Shown in pieces: positions 40,130 through 49,911 of a stretch of DNA of 64,000 nucleotides. Origin of the DNA: an uncultured Spirochaetota bacterium (GTDB lineage Bacteria; Spirochaetota; Spirochaetia; SZUA-6; Fen-1364); the NCBI GenBank assembly GCA_963734545.1, contig CAVTHO010000003.1:416001-480000 (forward strand), read 5' to 3'. The translations under genes were made by a program, and so were the position numbers. Within the stretch, counting starts at the first letter, position 1, and each line of letters starts with the position of its first letter. The notes under the pieces are model-generated. The model saw only the letters and a list, made by a program, of their open reading frames with translations. It made no database searches and was not told the origin of the DNA.

Positions 40130-41146
40130 TACTCGGCTGCTCCTCTCTGTCCCTCATGTCTCTTGCCTTCCGCCAGCATCTCCCAGGCGATGCGAGCAGC
40201 GCCGATCAGAACAGCGTCGCTGCCGAGCGCAGCCGGAACTATCGGGGTTTGCAGATACTGGAAAAGCTCGTCATGCGCCCTGACGGACTCGCGCAAAGGC
40301 TCGAAAAACAGGTCCCCTGCTTCAGCCAGGCCGCCTCCGACTATGACAATCTCCGGGTCGAGCAAGTGGATGACATTCGATATCCCGATTCCCAGATACC
40401 AGGCCGCCTCGCGAAGAATCCTCCGGCTCACCTCATCTGCTTCTCGCGCGGCCTGGCACACCATTCTCGCGTCAACAGCATCCGGTACCCCGCCGGCCAG
40501 CTCCCTGAGCGACGTATCGGCCCCTTCCTGAATGGCGCGAATGGCCTTTGCCCGGATAGCCGGTCCTGACGATAATTGCTCAAGGCATTCCCAGCCGGCG
40601 CTCCCGTCCCTCCGGTTGCCTGCAAGGATCGCCATGTGCCCCAGGTTTCCCGTCCCGCAGTGCGCGCCGCGGAAAATCCGGCCGTTCAGGACCATTCCCA
40701 TGCCGATCCCTGTCCCCACCGTAATGCACAGTAGATGATCCTTGCCTCTGCCCGGCTCCGTATTCCTTCTCCGCCAGCGCGGCCAGGTCCACATCGTGTC
40801 CGATGACCGCCGGCCGGCCGAACTCATCCTCTAGAATCCGGGCGAGAAACACATCCTTCCAGTCGGGGAGGTGGGCGGCGAAACGAACTATGCCCTCCTC
40901 AGGACACACAAAGCCTGGGGACCCTACCCCGAAGCCGCCGATACCGGCCAGTCCCTTTTGAAACGCATCCGCAACCTCCCGGATCGACTGCTTCATGGTT
41001 GCGAGCACATGGGAAGCCCCCAGAGACCCATCGATGAGCCTGCTGGTTCGACTGATGATTCGGCAATGCCTGTCGACAACCGCACATGCGATGTGGGTCC
41101 CGCCCACATCCACGCCGATCACTTTGTCCCTTCGCTCGGCCTGCAT
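40129..41146 (-). CDS. ROK family sugar kinase (frameshift near 40750)
   Basis: IGVDVGGT, GVGSPG, HDVDLAALAE, TVGTGIGMG, GNLGHM, IVGGGL. Confidence 0.88.
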
Positions 41147-41201
41147 GCGGCGTAAACGCTCATGGAGTGCGGTTCGGCGCACGGATTTCAGCGCACAGGA
41201 C

Positions 41202-41666
41202 TTACTGCATCCTGAAGCTCGCCAGGGTTGGTTTCACCAGCCGGGCGAAGTCCAGGTAGGAGAGCTGGATCAGCTCCGAGTGCGAGCATGCGTTGAAGGC
41301 GATTTCGTCATCCTCTGCAAGAGACTTCTCGACGTACACGGGAACGCCGTAGAGATTCCCGAAGGGAGGCATTGCCCCTTCTTCGCAGCCGGGGAACGTC
41401 TTCGCGAAATCATCCTCCGTCGCCAGTTCCACGGAGCCCGCGAGGCTCGCCGTGCGCAGCCGCTCGAGGTCCACGCGGTACTGGGAGGGAAGCACCGCCA
41501 TGGTGATCTTCCCGTCGAGCTTGACGATGACAGACTTGGCGAGGTTCCTGCCTTTCACGTGTGCGGATGATGCGACTGCCGAAGATGTGTACGCCTTGGA
41601 GTGCTGGATGGTCACGTACCTGACCGCGTTCTTGTCCAGATAATCCTTGAGTTTTTGTACTGGCAT
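41202..41666 (-). CDS. YbaK/EbsC family aminoacyl-tRNA deacylase
   Basis: LAKSVIV, CEEGAMPPFG, IAFNACSH. Confidence 0.9.
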   Translation of the reverse strand: MPVQKLKDYLDKNAVRYVTIQHSKAYTSSAVASSAHVKGRNLAKSVIVKLDGKITMAVLPSQYRVDLERLRTASLAGSVELATEDDFAKTFPGCEEGAMPPFGNLYGVPVYVEKSLAEDDEIAFNACSHSELIQLSYLDFARLVKPTLASFRMQ

Positions 41667-41772
41667 ATGCTATTCCCCCCTGGCCGTCATTCTCCTCCTC
41701 ACTTGATCAATGCATTGTATCACCGGTGTCAAATGCCCTGGGGGCAGAGCCGCTGGCCTCACAGACACCACT

Positions 41773-41798
41773 TTGCACGCAGAAGTGCAATAATGCAC
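41773..41798 (+). promoter_or_regulatory. Putative bEBP upstream activator sequence
   Basis: TTGCAC-N6-GTGCAA (TGCA-N8-TGCA core) overlapping GTGCA-ATAA-TGCAC, about 90-110 bp upstream of a sigma54 motif. Confidence 0.55.
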
Positions 41799-41886
41799 AC
41801 CCCTTCGCGACGCGACATTCGGCGGCGCCATCGACTTTATCGCGGAATTTCCCGCCATTATTGCGGTCTTCCGACATTTCCGCGCA

Positions 41887-41902
41887 TGGCACGATAGTTG
41901 CT
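41887..41902 (+). promoter_or_regulatory. sigma54 (-24/-12) promoter of the chemoreceptor gene
   Basis: TGGCACGATAGTTGCT, an essentially perfect TGGCACG-N4-TTGC match. Confidence 0.85.
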
Positions 41903-41951
41903 TGTAAAAGTGTCAGAACGAGAAAACAGATTTTTCAAATGGAGGTTAGAA

Positions 41952-43766
41952 ATGAAAACCATGCGCAGCAAGCTTACTCTGACGATGATGCTGCTGGCCC
42001 TGCTGGCAGCCGGCATCAGCGGGTTCACCGTGCTCTGGCAGTACAACGCCTACGTGAACCAGACAACGGACTCGACCTTGCGCCGCGCCGTCCAGGCTGC
42101 CGGCCTTGCGGCCGATGTCTCGCAATGGCAAAGCCTGTACGAGCCTGACGCTGAAAAGTCCGGATACCACCTTGGCAATCTGCGACGGCTGAAGATCGTG
42201 CAGGAAACGTTCGGCCTTGCCTATGCGTATGTCATGGTCAAGGACGACAAGGGGAGCATCATCTTTATCTTCGACACGGGGAACCTGGATGGTACGAACG
42301 AGGAAAGCACGTTTCTGAAGGAATATGTCGACTTTCCAAATGAGCTGACGGAAGCGTTCGCCGGAAAAGACGTTGTCGTTTCCGCGCAGCCTTATACCGA
42401 TGAGTTCGGAACATTCCGTTCGGCATTCCTTCCCATCCTGGACGCCGAGAGCAAGGCCACCGCAGTAGTAGGGGTTGACCTCAACATCTCCTTTCTTACG
42501 GATTTGCGCATGAAAACGCTTATGTCCTTTGGCATTGCCCTGCTGGCGTCGCTGGTCGCCGTGGCCCTGCTGGTCGTGCTTCTGGCCGGTCGCCTTGCAC
42601 GTCCCTTGCGTATCCTTGCACAAGCGGCCAACCAGGTTGCGGAAGGCGACCTTCGCCGGACAATCAGCGTCAAGGCGCACGACGAGATCGGAAAGCTTGC
42701 CGCGAGCTTCAACTACATGAGAGAGCGGCTCAGCACCGTCATCGGTCAGATCCTGGACGCCTCGGGTCAGGTGGCCAGCTCGAGCGAGCAGCTGACGGTC
42801 ACTGCGCAGGGCCTGTCCGAAGGCGCCCAGACCCAGGCCTCGACTCTCGAGCAGACGTCCGCTTCCGTGGAAGAGCTCACCGCATCTGTGGACCAGGTCG
42901 CGGATCACGCCCAGAACCAGGCGGCCTCGGTAGAGCAGGCGTCTGGCAACATGCAGCAGGCCCAGCATGCCTCCCAGCAGGTCTCTCGGAGCCTCCAGGC
43001 GGTCTCCGGCGCGTCGCAGGAAACCATGGAGCGCGCCAGGAGCGGCGCTGAATCGGTCAACAGGACCGTGGAAGCCATCAGGTCGATTTCTTCGAACTCC
43101 GACCGGATCGCCGGCATCGTCAACGTCATCTCCGAAATCGCCGATCAGACCAACCTTCTCGCCCTCAACGCGGCGATAGAAGCGGCTCGGGCCGGAGAGC
43201 ACGGCCGCGGATTCGCGGTGGTCGCGGACGAGGTTTCCCGGCTCGCGGAGCGCAGCTCCAATTCCACCAAGGAGATCGAGAGCCTCATCAGCTCATCCAG
43301 CCGCAGCGTCACCGCCGGAGTGGAGATCGCACAGAGCGCGCTGGGCGCGATGGACGGCATCATGGAAGGCGCGCGGAAAACAGGCGACACGGTGGCCGCC
43401 CTGGCAGCAGAAGTGGGGCAGTCCCTCGATGCCCTGGGTGAGGCGGGAAAGGCGACCGCAACCATTGCCGAGATGAGCCAGTCCATCTCCGCCGCTACCC
43501 AGGAGCAGAGCACGAACACGCGGCAGGTGGCCAAGGCCATCGACAACGTAAACGGTCTTACCCAGTCTGCAGCTTCAGCCGCCGAAGAGATGTCCGCGGC
43601 AACGCTGCAGCTATCGGGCCTCGCCGTGCATCTGCGGTCGCTGGTCGAACAGTTCCAGGTTGCTTCGGACTCAGCGGCCCCCGCGGCAACGACAGGTGCG
43701 CGTGTTCTTGACTCCAAGCCCAGGCACGCCGTGATGCTGCACGAAAGAACTGCCGTCAGCGCGTAG
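41952..43766 (+). CDS. Methyl-accepting chemotaxis protein (periplasmic sensor, HAMP)
   Basis: Two TMs, HAMP ([11 protein letters not shown]), hairpin tip [33 protein letters not shown]. Confidence 0.95.
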   Translation: MKTMRSKLTLTMMLLALLAAGISGFTVLWQYNAYVNQTTDSTLRRAVQAAGLAADVSQWQSLYEPDAEKSGYHLGNLRRLKIVQETFGLAYAYVMVKDDKGSIIFIFDTGNLDGTNEESTFLKEYVDFPNELTEAFAGKDVVVSAQPYTDEFGTFRSAFLPILDAESKATAVVGVDLNISFLTDLRMKTLMSFGIALLASLVAVALLVVLLAGRLARPLRILAQAANQVAEGDLRRTISVKAHDEIGKLAASFNYMRERLSTVIGQILDASGQVASSSEQLTVTAQGLSEGAQTQASTLEQTSASVEELTASVDQVADHAQNQAASVEQASGNMQQAQHASQQVSRSLQAVSGASQETMERARSGAESVNRTVEAIRSISSNSDRIAGIVNVISEIADQTNLLALNAAIEAARAGEHGRGFAVVADEVSRLAERSSNSTKEIESLISSSSRSVTAGVEIAQSALGAMDGIMEGARKTGDTVAALAAEVGQSLDALGEAGKATATIAEMSQSISAATQEQSTNTRQVAKAIDNVNGLTQSAASAAEEMSAATLQLSGLAVHLRSLVEQFQVASDSAAPAATTGARVLDSKPRHAVMLHERTAVSA

Positions 43767-43861
43767 TTGTGAGGTGCGCCCGGGCGCAGCGTCGTCCGAG
43801 CGCACCATCAGTGGTTCGCGGACCGCACCGGCAGGCTCACGAGGTGGCCGTGCCCTGGAGA

Positions 43862-43890
43862 TTGACAGCCGAATTGTCAGGGTTCATGAT
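43862..43890 (+). promoter_or_regulatory. sigma70-type promoter with overlapping TGACA-N7-TGTCA palindrome
   Basis: TTGACA-17 bp-CATGAT, 7 nt before ATG 43898 (possible leaderless mRNA). Confidence 0.5.
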
Positions 43891-43897
43891 TGAACAA

Positions 43898-45208
43898 ATG
43901 TTGTCTCCTCACGATCGAGACAAGGTGGTGCGGGCTGTCGAAGAGGTCCGCGACGAGATGGTTGGTTTTCTCCAGCAGCTCGTACGGATCGACACGGTTG
44001 CACCTCCGGGCAACAACTACCGCGAATGCGCGCAGGTGATTCTGAAGTTGATGAAGTCCTTCGGCTACGATGCGCGTCTCGTGGAGGTTCCACCGGAGCA
44101 TTTCGAGGGGATTGTGCGCGCCATAGGGTTTCCCATTCCCGAAAGCGGTTTGCTCCCACGCGTCAATGTGTTCGCGCGAAAGGAGGGAAGTCGCGCGGGA
44201 AAGGTCGTTCATTTCACCGGCCATTTCGACGTGGTCCCCCCAGGGGAAGGGTGGACCGTCGATCCTTTCGGGGGAGCTCTGCGGGACGGCAGGGTGTACG
44301 GAAGGGGCTCGACCGACCAGAAGTCAGGAATCGCGGCATCCCTCTTCGCTATCGAGGCGATCCGCAGGGCCGGGCTCACGCTGCCGGGCACAGTCGAGCA
44401 GTCGGCCACTGTCGACGAGGAATGGGCAGGCGAGGCGGGCCTGGGCTACCTGGTGGAGAAGGGCTATATCGGCCAGGGGAAGCAGGACTACGTGGTGATC
44501 ACCGAGTGTCTCGACGTAGACGGGATCTGCCTGGGACACAGGGGGGCGCTCATCTTCGAGCTGCGGACTACCGGCAGGGTCGGCCATGGCTGCATGCCGC
44601 AGCTGGCCGTCAACGCGGTGGACAAGATGGCTTTCGTAATGGGCGCGATTGCAGCAGAGTTGCGGCCGAGGGTTGAATCGAGGATCTCACGGCAGCCGAT
44701 CATGCCCGAGGGTTCCCGGCAATCGAGCATCTCTCCCATATGGATCGATGGATCGGCACGTGAAAAGCCTGGTGCGACGATACCGGCACTCTGTACGTCT
44801 TTCTGGAACAGGTGGTTCAATCCCGAGGAGAATATCGACGAGGTGAGGAAGGAGATCCTGGATTTCCTGGAAACATTGAAGAAGCGGGATCCTGAGTTGC
44901 GCCTGGAGATGGTGGAGCACTATTCGGCCGAGCCGGTCTCTGTGCCCGCGGACAGCGAGCTCGTCACCACCTATCAGGAGGAGATCAAGTCGATTCTCGG
45001 CCGCGAGAGCCATTTGCTGCTCAGCCCGGGCTTTGACGATCAGAGATTTGTCGTTCTGCATGGAAAGATCGACACCTGCATCCTCCACGGCCCCGGAGTC
45101 CTGCAAATGGCGCACGCCCCCGATGAGTACGTGCCTGTGGATGACCTCGTGAACGCAGCCAAGATCATGGCCCTCTCCACCCTCGACCTTCTGGGAGCAG
45201 GCGAGTAG
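43898..45208 (+). CDS. M20 family (ArgE/DapE-like) deacylase
   Basis: FTGHFDVVP, GRGSTDQKSG, VDEE, AHAPDEYV. Confidence 0.9.
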   Translation: MLSPHDRDKVVRAVEEVRDEMVGFLQQLVRIDTVAPPGNNYRECAQVILKLMKSFGYDARLVEVPPEHFEGIVRAIGFPIPESGLLPRVNVFARKEGSRAGKVVHFTGHFDVVPPGEGWTVDPFGGALRDGRVYGRGSTDQKSGIAASLFAIEAIRRAGLTLPGTVEQSATVDEEWAGEAGLGYLVEKGYIGQGKQDYVVITECLDVDGICLGHRGALIFELRTTGRVGHGCMPQLAVNAVDKMAFVMGAIAAELRPRVESRISRQPIMPEGSRQSSISPIWIDGSAREKPGATIPALCTSFWNRWFNPEENIDEVRKEILDFLETLKKRDPELRLEMVEHYSAEPVSVPADSELVTTYQEEIKSILGRESHLLLSPGFDDQRFVVLHGKIDTCILHGPGVLQMAHAPDEYVPVDDLVNAAKIMALSTLDLLGAGE

Positions 45209-45251
45209 CGCTTCCGCGGGGAACCGTGAGGCTCACTTACGGCTGCCAAGG

Positions 45252-45275
45252 AAAAGCCCCCGGTTTCCCGGGGGC
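45252..45275 (-). terminator. Intrinsic terminator after the lipoprotein pair
   Basis: Stem GCCCCCGG/CCGGGGGC with 4-nt loop and T4 tail on the minus strand. Confidence 0.75.
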
Positions 45276-45318
45276 CTCTATGCTCTCCGCTCTGGCGCGG
45301 GAAAGGCTGGTAAGCAGG

Positions 45319-47256
45319 CTACTGGCGTGAAAAGATCTGGTACGCCTCGCCAGCAGGGTCTATGGACGCCGGGTAATCCGGAGGGTTAGTACTGTTGGCC
45401 TCCATTGTGTTGTTGTTGTTGCTTACGCGCAAGAGAGCATCTCTGTAGCTGACGGAGGGAGGCGGCGAAACCTCGACGAGCGCCTTGAAGTAGTGAGCGC
45501 CGCTGTCAGTCCAATCACCTGTTAGGGTGAAAGGGTATGTTGCTATCGGCGTAGTGTCAGTATCGTTGAGGTAGAGCGTAATCGAATTCACCGTGGTGAC
45601 AGCTTTGCCCGGAAGCTGGGGGCCGTTGCCGTTGTACGCGGGATTGACCCACGTCCCCACGTAGACCGGACCCTCAGTCACCAGGAATGAATAATCCCCC
45701 GAGCCCAAAGGCCCAGGTATCGCGGCAATATAGTAGGTCTGGTACGGCGTGAGGGCCACGGTTTCTGTGCTCTTGGACATCCTATCCACAAACGTCTGTT
45801 GATCACTCTCGTACATATAGAGCTGGGCGACACCGGTCAAGGAAAAGACGGTATTCTGAGCATACGGGCCAGCTACGTACTGATAGAGAGCCAGACCGTC
45901 GCTTGGCAGGTTGCCTTGGGCTGGCGTGTCCCTGACGAGTGCTATGGGGGGATACTTGGGATTGTTGAACAGGTAGCCGTCGGGTTCGAAGCCTTTTCGA
46001 TAGAACGTCACGTTTGCGGGAGGGTCCGACATGATGCACTGAGCTTGGTTTGCGTTCACCCACGTCAAGGTGCCACTCAAAGAGACGCCGGCCCCGGGTC
46101 CCCCGTGACTAAAAGTCATCGTAAAAGTGCTCCCGGCCAGAGACCAAGTGCCATTATTGTTCTCGATTGTTTCTGCGTAATCCTCCCAACCTATGAACGT
46201 TCCGTCGGCTGCGAATTGGTTAACGGGATTGATATTCTTGAACCAGGCGCGATAGAAGTTCCAGGATCCCACGAGGCTAGGAGGGACGCTGGCCCCCACC
46301 TGGAAGCTTGCCGTGGCGCTGCCCGCGCGTATCCCGTCCGCAGTGAAGGCCGTCACGTCCAGCCGATAGTACCCCCTGTTGAGAGTGCTCCCAAAACTAT
46401 AGCTTTCCCCTGTCCCCTGGCTCACCCCGTTCAGGTACCACACGTAGAGCACATTCGCCGTTCCATCACTCACCGACGCGGTTGCCGTCAGGCTCGTCCC
46501 TACCCCCACCGTGGCAGGTACCCCGCTGATGTCCACAGCTATCGGATTGGCCATCGCAGGGGTGATGTTCACCTCGATCGTGCCCATGTTGACATTCGAG
46601 AAGTCATAGCTGCCCGACGTGGTTTGGCCTGAGACAATCCGCACCACCTCCACCGCGCCCATCACCGGGATGTTGTTCTCCCGCAGTTGCAGCGTCAGGG
46701 TGTAGTAGCCCGCCGCTATCGTGTAGCCGGAATAGTCGGCCTGGTTGCCCGAGACCCCAAAGTCCAGGCCTATCGCCGGGCCGCTGGGCGGCACCAGAGA
46801 CGCCTGGATCGAGGGGAACTGCAGGGAGGCCGTCCAGCTCACCGATAGATTCAAGTCCCCTGTCCCGCCAAGGGGTATGACGGTGATGGCCAGGGTGGTG
46901 TCCTGCCCCACGCTGAGGGTGGCCACATCCTGCCCCTGGCCGATGACGGTGCCCTCCGCGTTCAGCGCGCTGACCGTGACGGTCCAGGTCCCGAAGGTCA
47001 GTCCTTCCACGGTCACCGGCTCTCCGCCGCTGGACTGGGAGAATGAGGCACCGTTGGGACCTGCCCCGTCCACGGTGTAACTTGCCGCATCCATGCTGAT
47101 GGGTGGCAGCAGGGTCCTGGGGTTGATGTTGTTGTTGATCGATACGGTCAGCGATGCGCTCTTGACCGACGACTTTGGGAAGGGGCAGCCGGCCAGCAGC
47201 ACGACAAGGGACGCTGCAACGCAGACGGCCAATAGTGCGAGACGTCTGTTTCTCAT
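45319..47256 (-). CDS. Surface lipoprotein with Ig-like domains, paralog copy 1
   Basis: MRNRRLALLAVCVAASLVVLLAGC lipobox, T/S/G/V-rich beta domains, SD GAGGAGG. Confidence 0.85.
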   Translation of the reverse strand: MRNRRLALLAVCVAASLVVLLAGCPFPKSSVKSASLTVSINNNINPRTLLPPISMDAASYTVDGAGPNGASFSQSSGGEPVTVEGLTFGTWTVTVSALNAEGTVIGQGQDVATLSVGQDTTLAITVIPLGGTGDLNLSVSWTASLQFPSIQASLVPPSGPAIGLDFGVSGNQADYSGYTIAAGYYTLTLQLRENNIPVMGAVEVVRIVSGQTTSGSYDFSNVNMGTIEVNITPAMANPIAVDISGVPATVGVGTSLTATASVSDGTANVLYVWYLNGVSQGTGESYSFGSTLNRGYYRLDVTAFTADGIRAGSATASFQVGASVPPSLVGSWNFYRAWFKNINPVNQFAADGTFIGWEDYAETIENNNGTWSLAGSTFTMTFSHGGPGAGVSLSGTLTWVNANQAQCIMSDPPANVTFYRKGFEPDGYLFNNPKYPPIALVRDTPAQGNLPSDGLALYQYVAGPYAQNTVFSLTGVAQLYMYESDQQTFVDRMSKSTETVALTPYQTYYIAAIPGPLGSGDYSFLVTEGPVYVGTWVNPAYNGNGPQLPGKAVTTVNSITLYLNDTDTTPIATYPFTLTGDWTDSGAHYFKALVEVSPPPSVSYRDALLRVSNNNNTMEANSTNPPDYPASIDPAGEAYQIFSRQ

Positions 47257-47290
47257 AATTCCTCCTCAACTTCTAAATCCACGTGATGAC

Positions 47291-47314
47291 TCAGAAAACG
47301 ATCCGACTATTCAT
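47291..47314 (-). CDS. Putative 7-aa upstream ORF MNSRIVF
   Basis: AAAGGAGG SD 8 nt before the ATG; conserved in copy 2. Confidence 0.4.
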   Translation of the reverse strand: MNSRIVF

Positions 47315-47399
47315 GTCCTGCTCCTCCTTTCCGAATTGACGTTTCCCGCACATCGGCGGCATAAGACCGGAGCAGCCGCAGGGCTGCCCCGGGAAGCTA

Positions 47400-49293
47400 C
47401 TAGCGAGCAAAGATGACGTAAGACTCTGAAGTCGGGTCCATGGACACCTGGTCCACCGTGCTCTTGGTGTCCACTTCCAGTGTGTTGCCATTGTTGCTCA
47501 CGCGCATGAGAAAATAGCCGCCGCTGCCAATGCCTTTGAAGTAGCGATCCCCACCACTAGTCCAATCATTCACTATGGCGAAGATCTCGCTCTTATAAGG
47601 CGTTGTGTCGTAGTCGTTGGTGTAAAAGGTGTTCGAAGTCGCCGTCAGCACAATCTTGCCAGCCCCGCCGTTGTACGCGGGATTGACCCATGTCCCGACG
47701 TAGGCAGTCTCGGTCATCATTATGGAATAGTCTCCTGAGAGTCCGCTGCGATTTGACACAACGATGTAATAGGTATGGCCCGGCACAAGAGCTACAGCGT
47801 TTTGGGTACCGCCAGACCACCTTGGATGGCCCGGTTCAATCGTCGTCTGCTCATCCACATAAAACCAGATCTGAACGTTAATGCTCCAAGAAAGACGGGC
47901 ATCCTGGGCATTCTGGCCTGCCACGTATTGATAGAGCGCCAGACCATCGCTCGGCAGGTTGCCTTGAGCTGGCGAGTCTCTAGCAAGCGTTATTGGAGGA
48001 TACTTGGGGTTGTTGAACAGGTAACCGTCTGGTTCGAAACCTTTTCGATAGATTGCTACGGTCTCCTGACCCGGTATCGAAAGCTGAACCTGGTTTGCAT
48101 TCACCCATGTCAGAGGGACGCTCAGAGAGCCCCCGGGCCCCCCCTCACTAAAGACTAACGTCAAAGTGTCCCCGGAGAGAGACCAAGTGCCGTTAGCGCC
48201 GCTCATCGTTCCGGCGTAATCCTCCCAATTGTTGAAATTTCCGTTGGCGTCGAACTCCATCAAACCCGAATACTTGGCCCAGGCGCGATAGAAGTTCCAG
48301 GATCCCACGAGGCTAGGAGGGACGCTTGCTCCCACCTGGAAGCTTGCCGATGCACTGCCGGCGCGTATCCCGTCCGCAGTGAAGGCAGTCACGTCCAGCC
48401 GATAGTACCCCCTGTTGAGAGTGCTCCCAAAACTGTAGCTTTCCCCTGTTGCCTGGCTCACCCCGTTCAGGTACCACACGTAGAGCACATTCGCCGTTCC
48501 ATCACTCACCGACGCGGTTGCCGTCAGGCTCGTCCCTACCCCAATCGGGGAGGGCACCTCGCTGATGTTCACCGGTATCGGATTGGCCATCGCAGGGGTG
48601 ATGTTCACCTCGATGGTGCCCATGTTGACATTCGAGAAGTCAAAGGTGCCCGACGTGGTTTGCCCTGAGACGATCCGCACCACCTCCACCGCGCCCATGA
48701 CGGGGATGTTGTTCTCCCGCAATTGCAGCGTCAGGGTGTAGTAGCCCGCCGCTATCGTGTAGCCGGAATAGTCGGCCCGGTTGCCCGAGACCCCAAAGTC
48801 CAGGCTTATCGCCGGGCCGCTGGGCGGCACCAGAGACGCCTGGATCGAGGGGAACTGCAGGGAGGCCGTCCAGCTCACCGACAGATTCAAGTCCCCTGTC
48901 CCGCCAAGGGGTATGACGGTGACAGCCATGGTGGTGTTCTGCCCCACGCTGACGGTGGCCACATCCTGCCCCTGGCCGATGACGGTGCCCTCCGCGTTCA
49001 GCGCGCTGACCGTGACGGTCCAGGTCCCGAAGGTCAGGCCTTCCACGGTCACCGGTTCTCCGCCGCTGGACTGGGAGAATGAGGCACCGTTGGGACCTGC
49101 CCCGTCCACGGTGTAACTTGCCGCATCCATGCTGATGGGTGGCAGCAGGGTCCTGGGGTTGATGTTGTTGTTGATCGATACGGTCAGCGATGCGCTCTTG
49201 ACCGACGACTTTGGGAAGGGGCAGCCGGCCAGCAGCACGACAAGGGACGCTGCAACGCAGACGGCTAACAGTGAGAGACAGTCTGTTTTTCAT
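47400..49293 (-). CDS. Surface lipoprotein, paralog copy 2 (1-bp insertion in signal-peptide codons)
   Basis: The N-terminal half is almost identical to copy 1. Removing one base near 49280 gives MKNRRLSLLAVCVAAS...LAGC. Confidence 0.85.
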
Positions 49294-49328
49294 AATTCCT
49301 CCTCAACTTCTAAAATCCACGTGACGAC

Positions 49329-49352
49329 TCAGAAAAGGATCCGACTATTCAT
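49329..49352 (-). CDS. Putative 7-aa upstream ORF MNSRILF
   Basis: Same SD/ATG/TGA arrangement as 47291-47314. Confidence 0.4.
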   Translation of the reverse strand: MNSRILF

Positions 49353-49416
49353 GTACTGCTCCTCCTTTCTGAATTGACGATTCCAACATGTGTCTCGATG
49401 ACTCTTGCTCGGATCA

Positions 49417-49432
49417 TGCAAAGGGGATGCCA
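49417..49432 (-). promoter_or_regulatory. sigma54 (-24/-12) promoter of the lipoprotein pair
   Basis: Minus strand TGGCATCCCCTTTGCA, GG-N10-GC. Confidence 0.75.
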
Positions 49433-49508
49433 AGAATGAGCGGGTAGTGTTTATTCGTTTGAATGAAATGACTTATCGCTCTTTGCGGGAAAGACGTGAC
49501 ATCTCCAC

Positions 49509-49550
49509 CCCTGCAACTCAGGTTGCATTAGCAACCTATGGGTTGCAGGG
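49509..49550 (-). promoter_or_regulatory. Putative bEBP upstream activator sequence (42-bp nested palindrome)
   Basis: CCCTGCAACTCAGGTTGCATTAGCAACCTATGGGTTGCAGGG; 30/42 identical to the reverse complement of 37435-37476; 76 bp from the sigma54 motif. Confidence 0.7.
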
Positions 49551-49911
49551 GGGCGTCAACAACTGCCTGGCGTGTCAGCCGCGTTCGAGCGCGAGCCCGG
49601 CTGCGAGCACCGTCTCATCGTGAGGGGCTACGAGCTGGAGGTCCTCGATCGCCGAGTACGCGGCGGCGACTTCGCCCGGGTCCAGCTTCAGGGTGGCCTC
49701 GAGCTTCTCGCGCATCACGTCGGAGTACTCGTCCGCGCGCTTCGGAAATGTGGCCGCGTCTCCGCATCGGGAGCCGCCACCTGTGTAATACTCTTGCTTA
49801 GCGACGACGTTCATCCTCTGACATTCCGTGAAAGCAGCCCCCATCGTGGTGAGCCGTGGCGCGGTCCGCGAAGGGTGTGCCGCCTATCGGGCTGCCACAG
49901 GGTGCAGCAGC

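Larger units (their letters stand above)
46240..49385. repeat. Direct duplication with about 2036-bp period (46240-47345 vs 48277-49382)
   Basis: Near-identical leader and 5' half of both lipoprotein genes; the shadow ORFs are also duplicated (46745/48781, 46604/48640). Confidence 0.95.

Noticed and set aside
45319-49385. Diversity-generating retroelement (TR/VR pair)
   Set aside because: There is no reverse transcriptase, the differences are not adenine-specific, and both copies are full genes.
37435-49550. Inverted 42-bp elements read as transposon ends, invertase sites or integron attC sites
   Set aside because: There is no recombinase or transposase and no GTTRRRY core. The fixed 74-76 bp spacing to sigma54 motifs fits enhancers better, although inversion is not formally excluded.
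49575-49844. Possible PIN/VapC toxin fragment
   Set aside because: The resemblance is only vague (EYSDVMREKL...LQLVAPHDETVLAA), with no N-terminal D-T-N motif, no SD and no antitoxin. Left unannotated.
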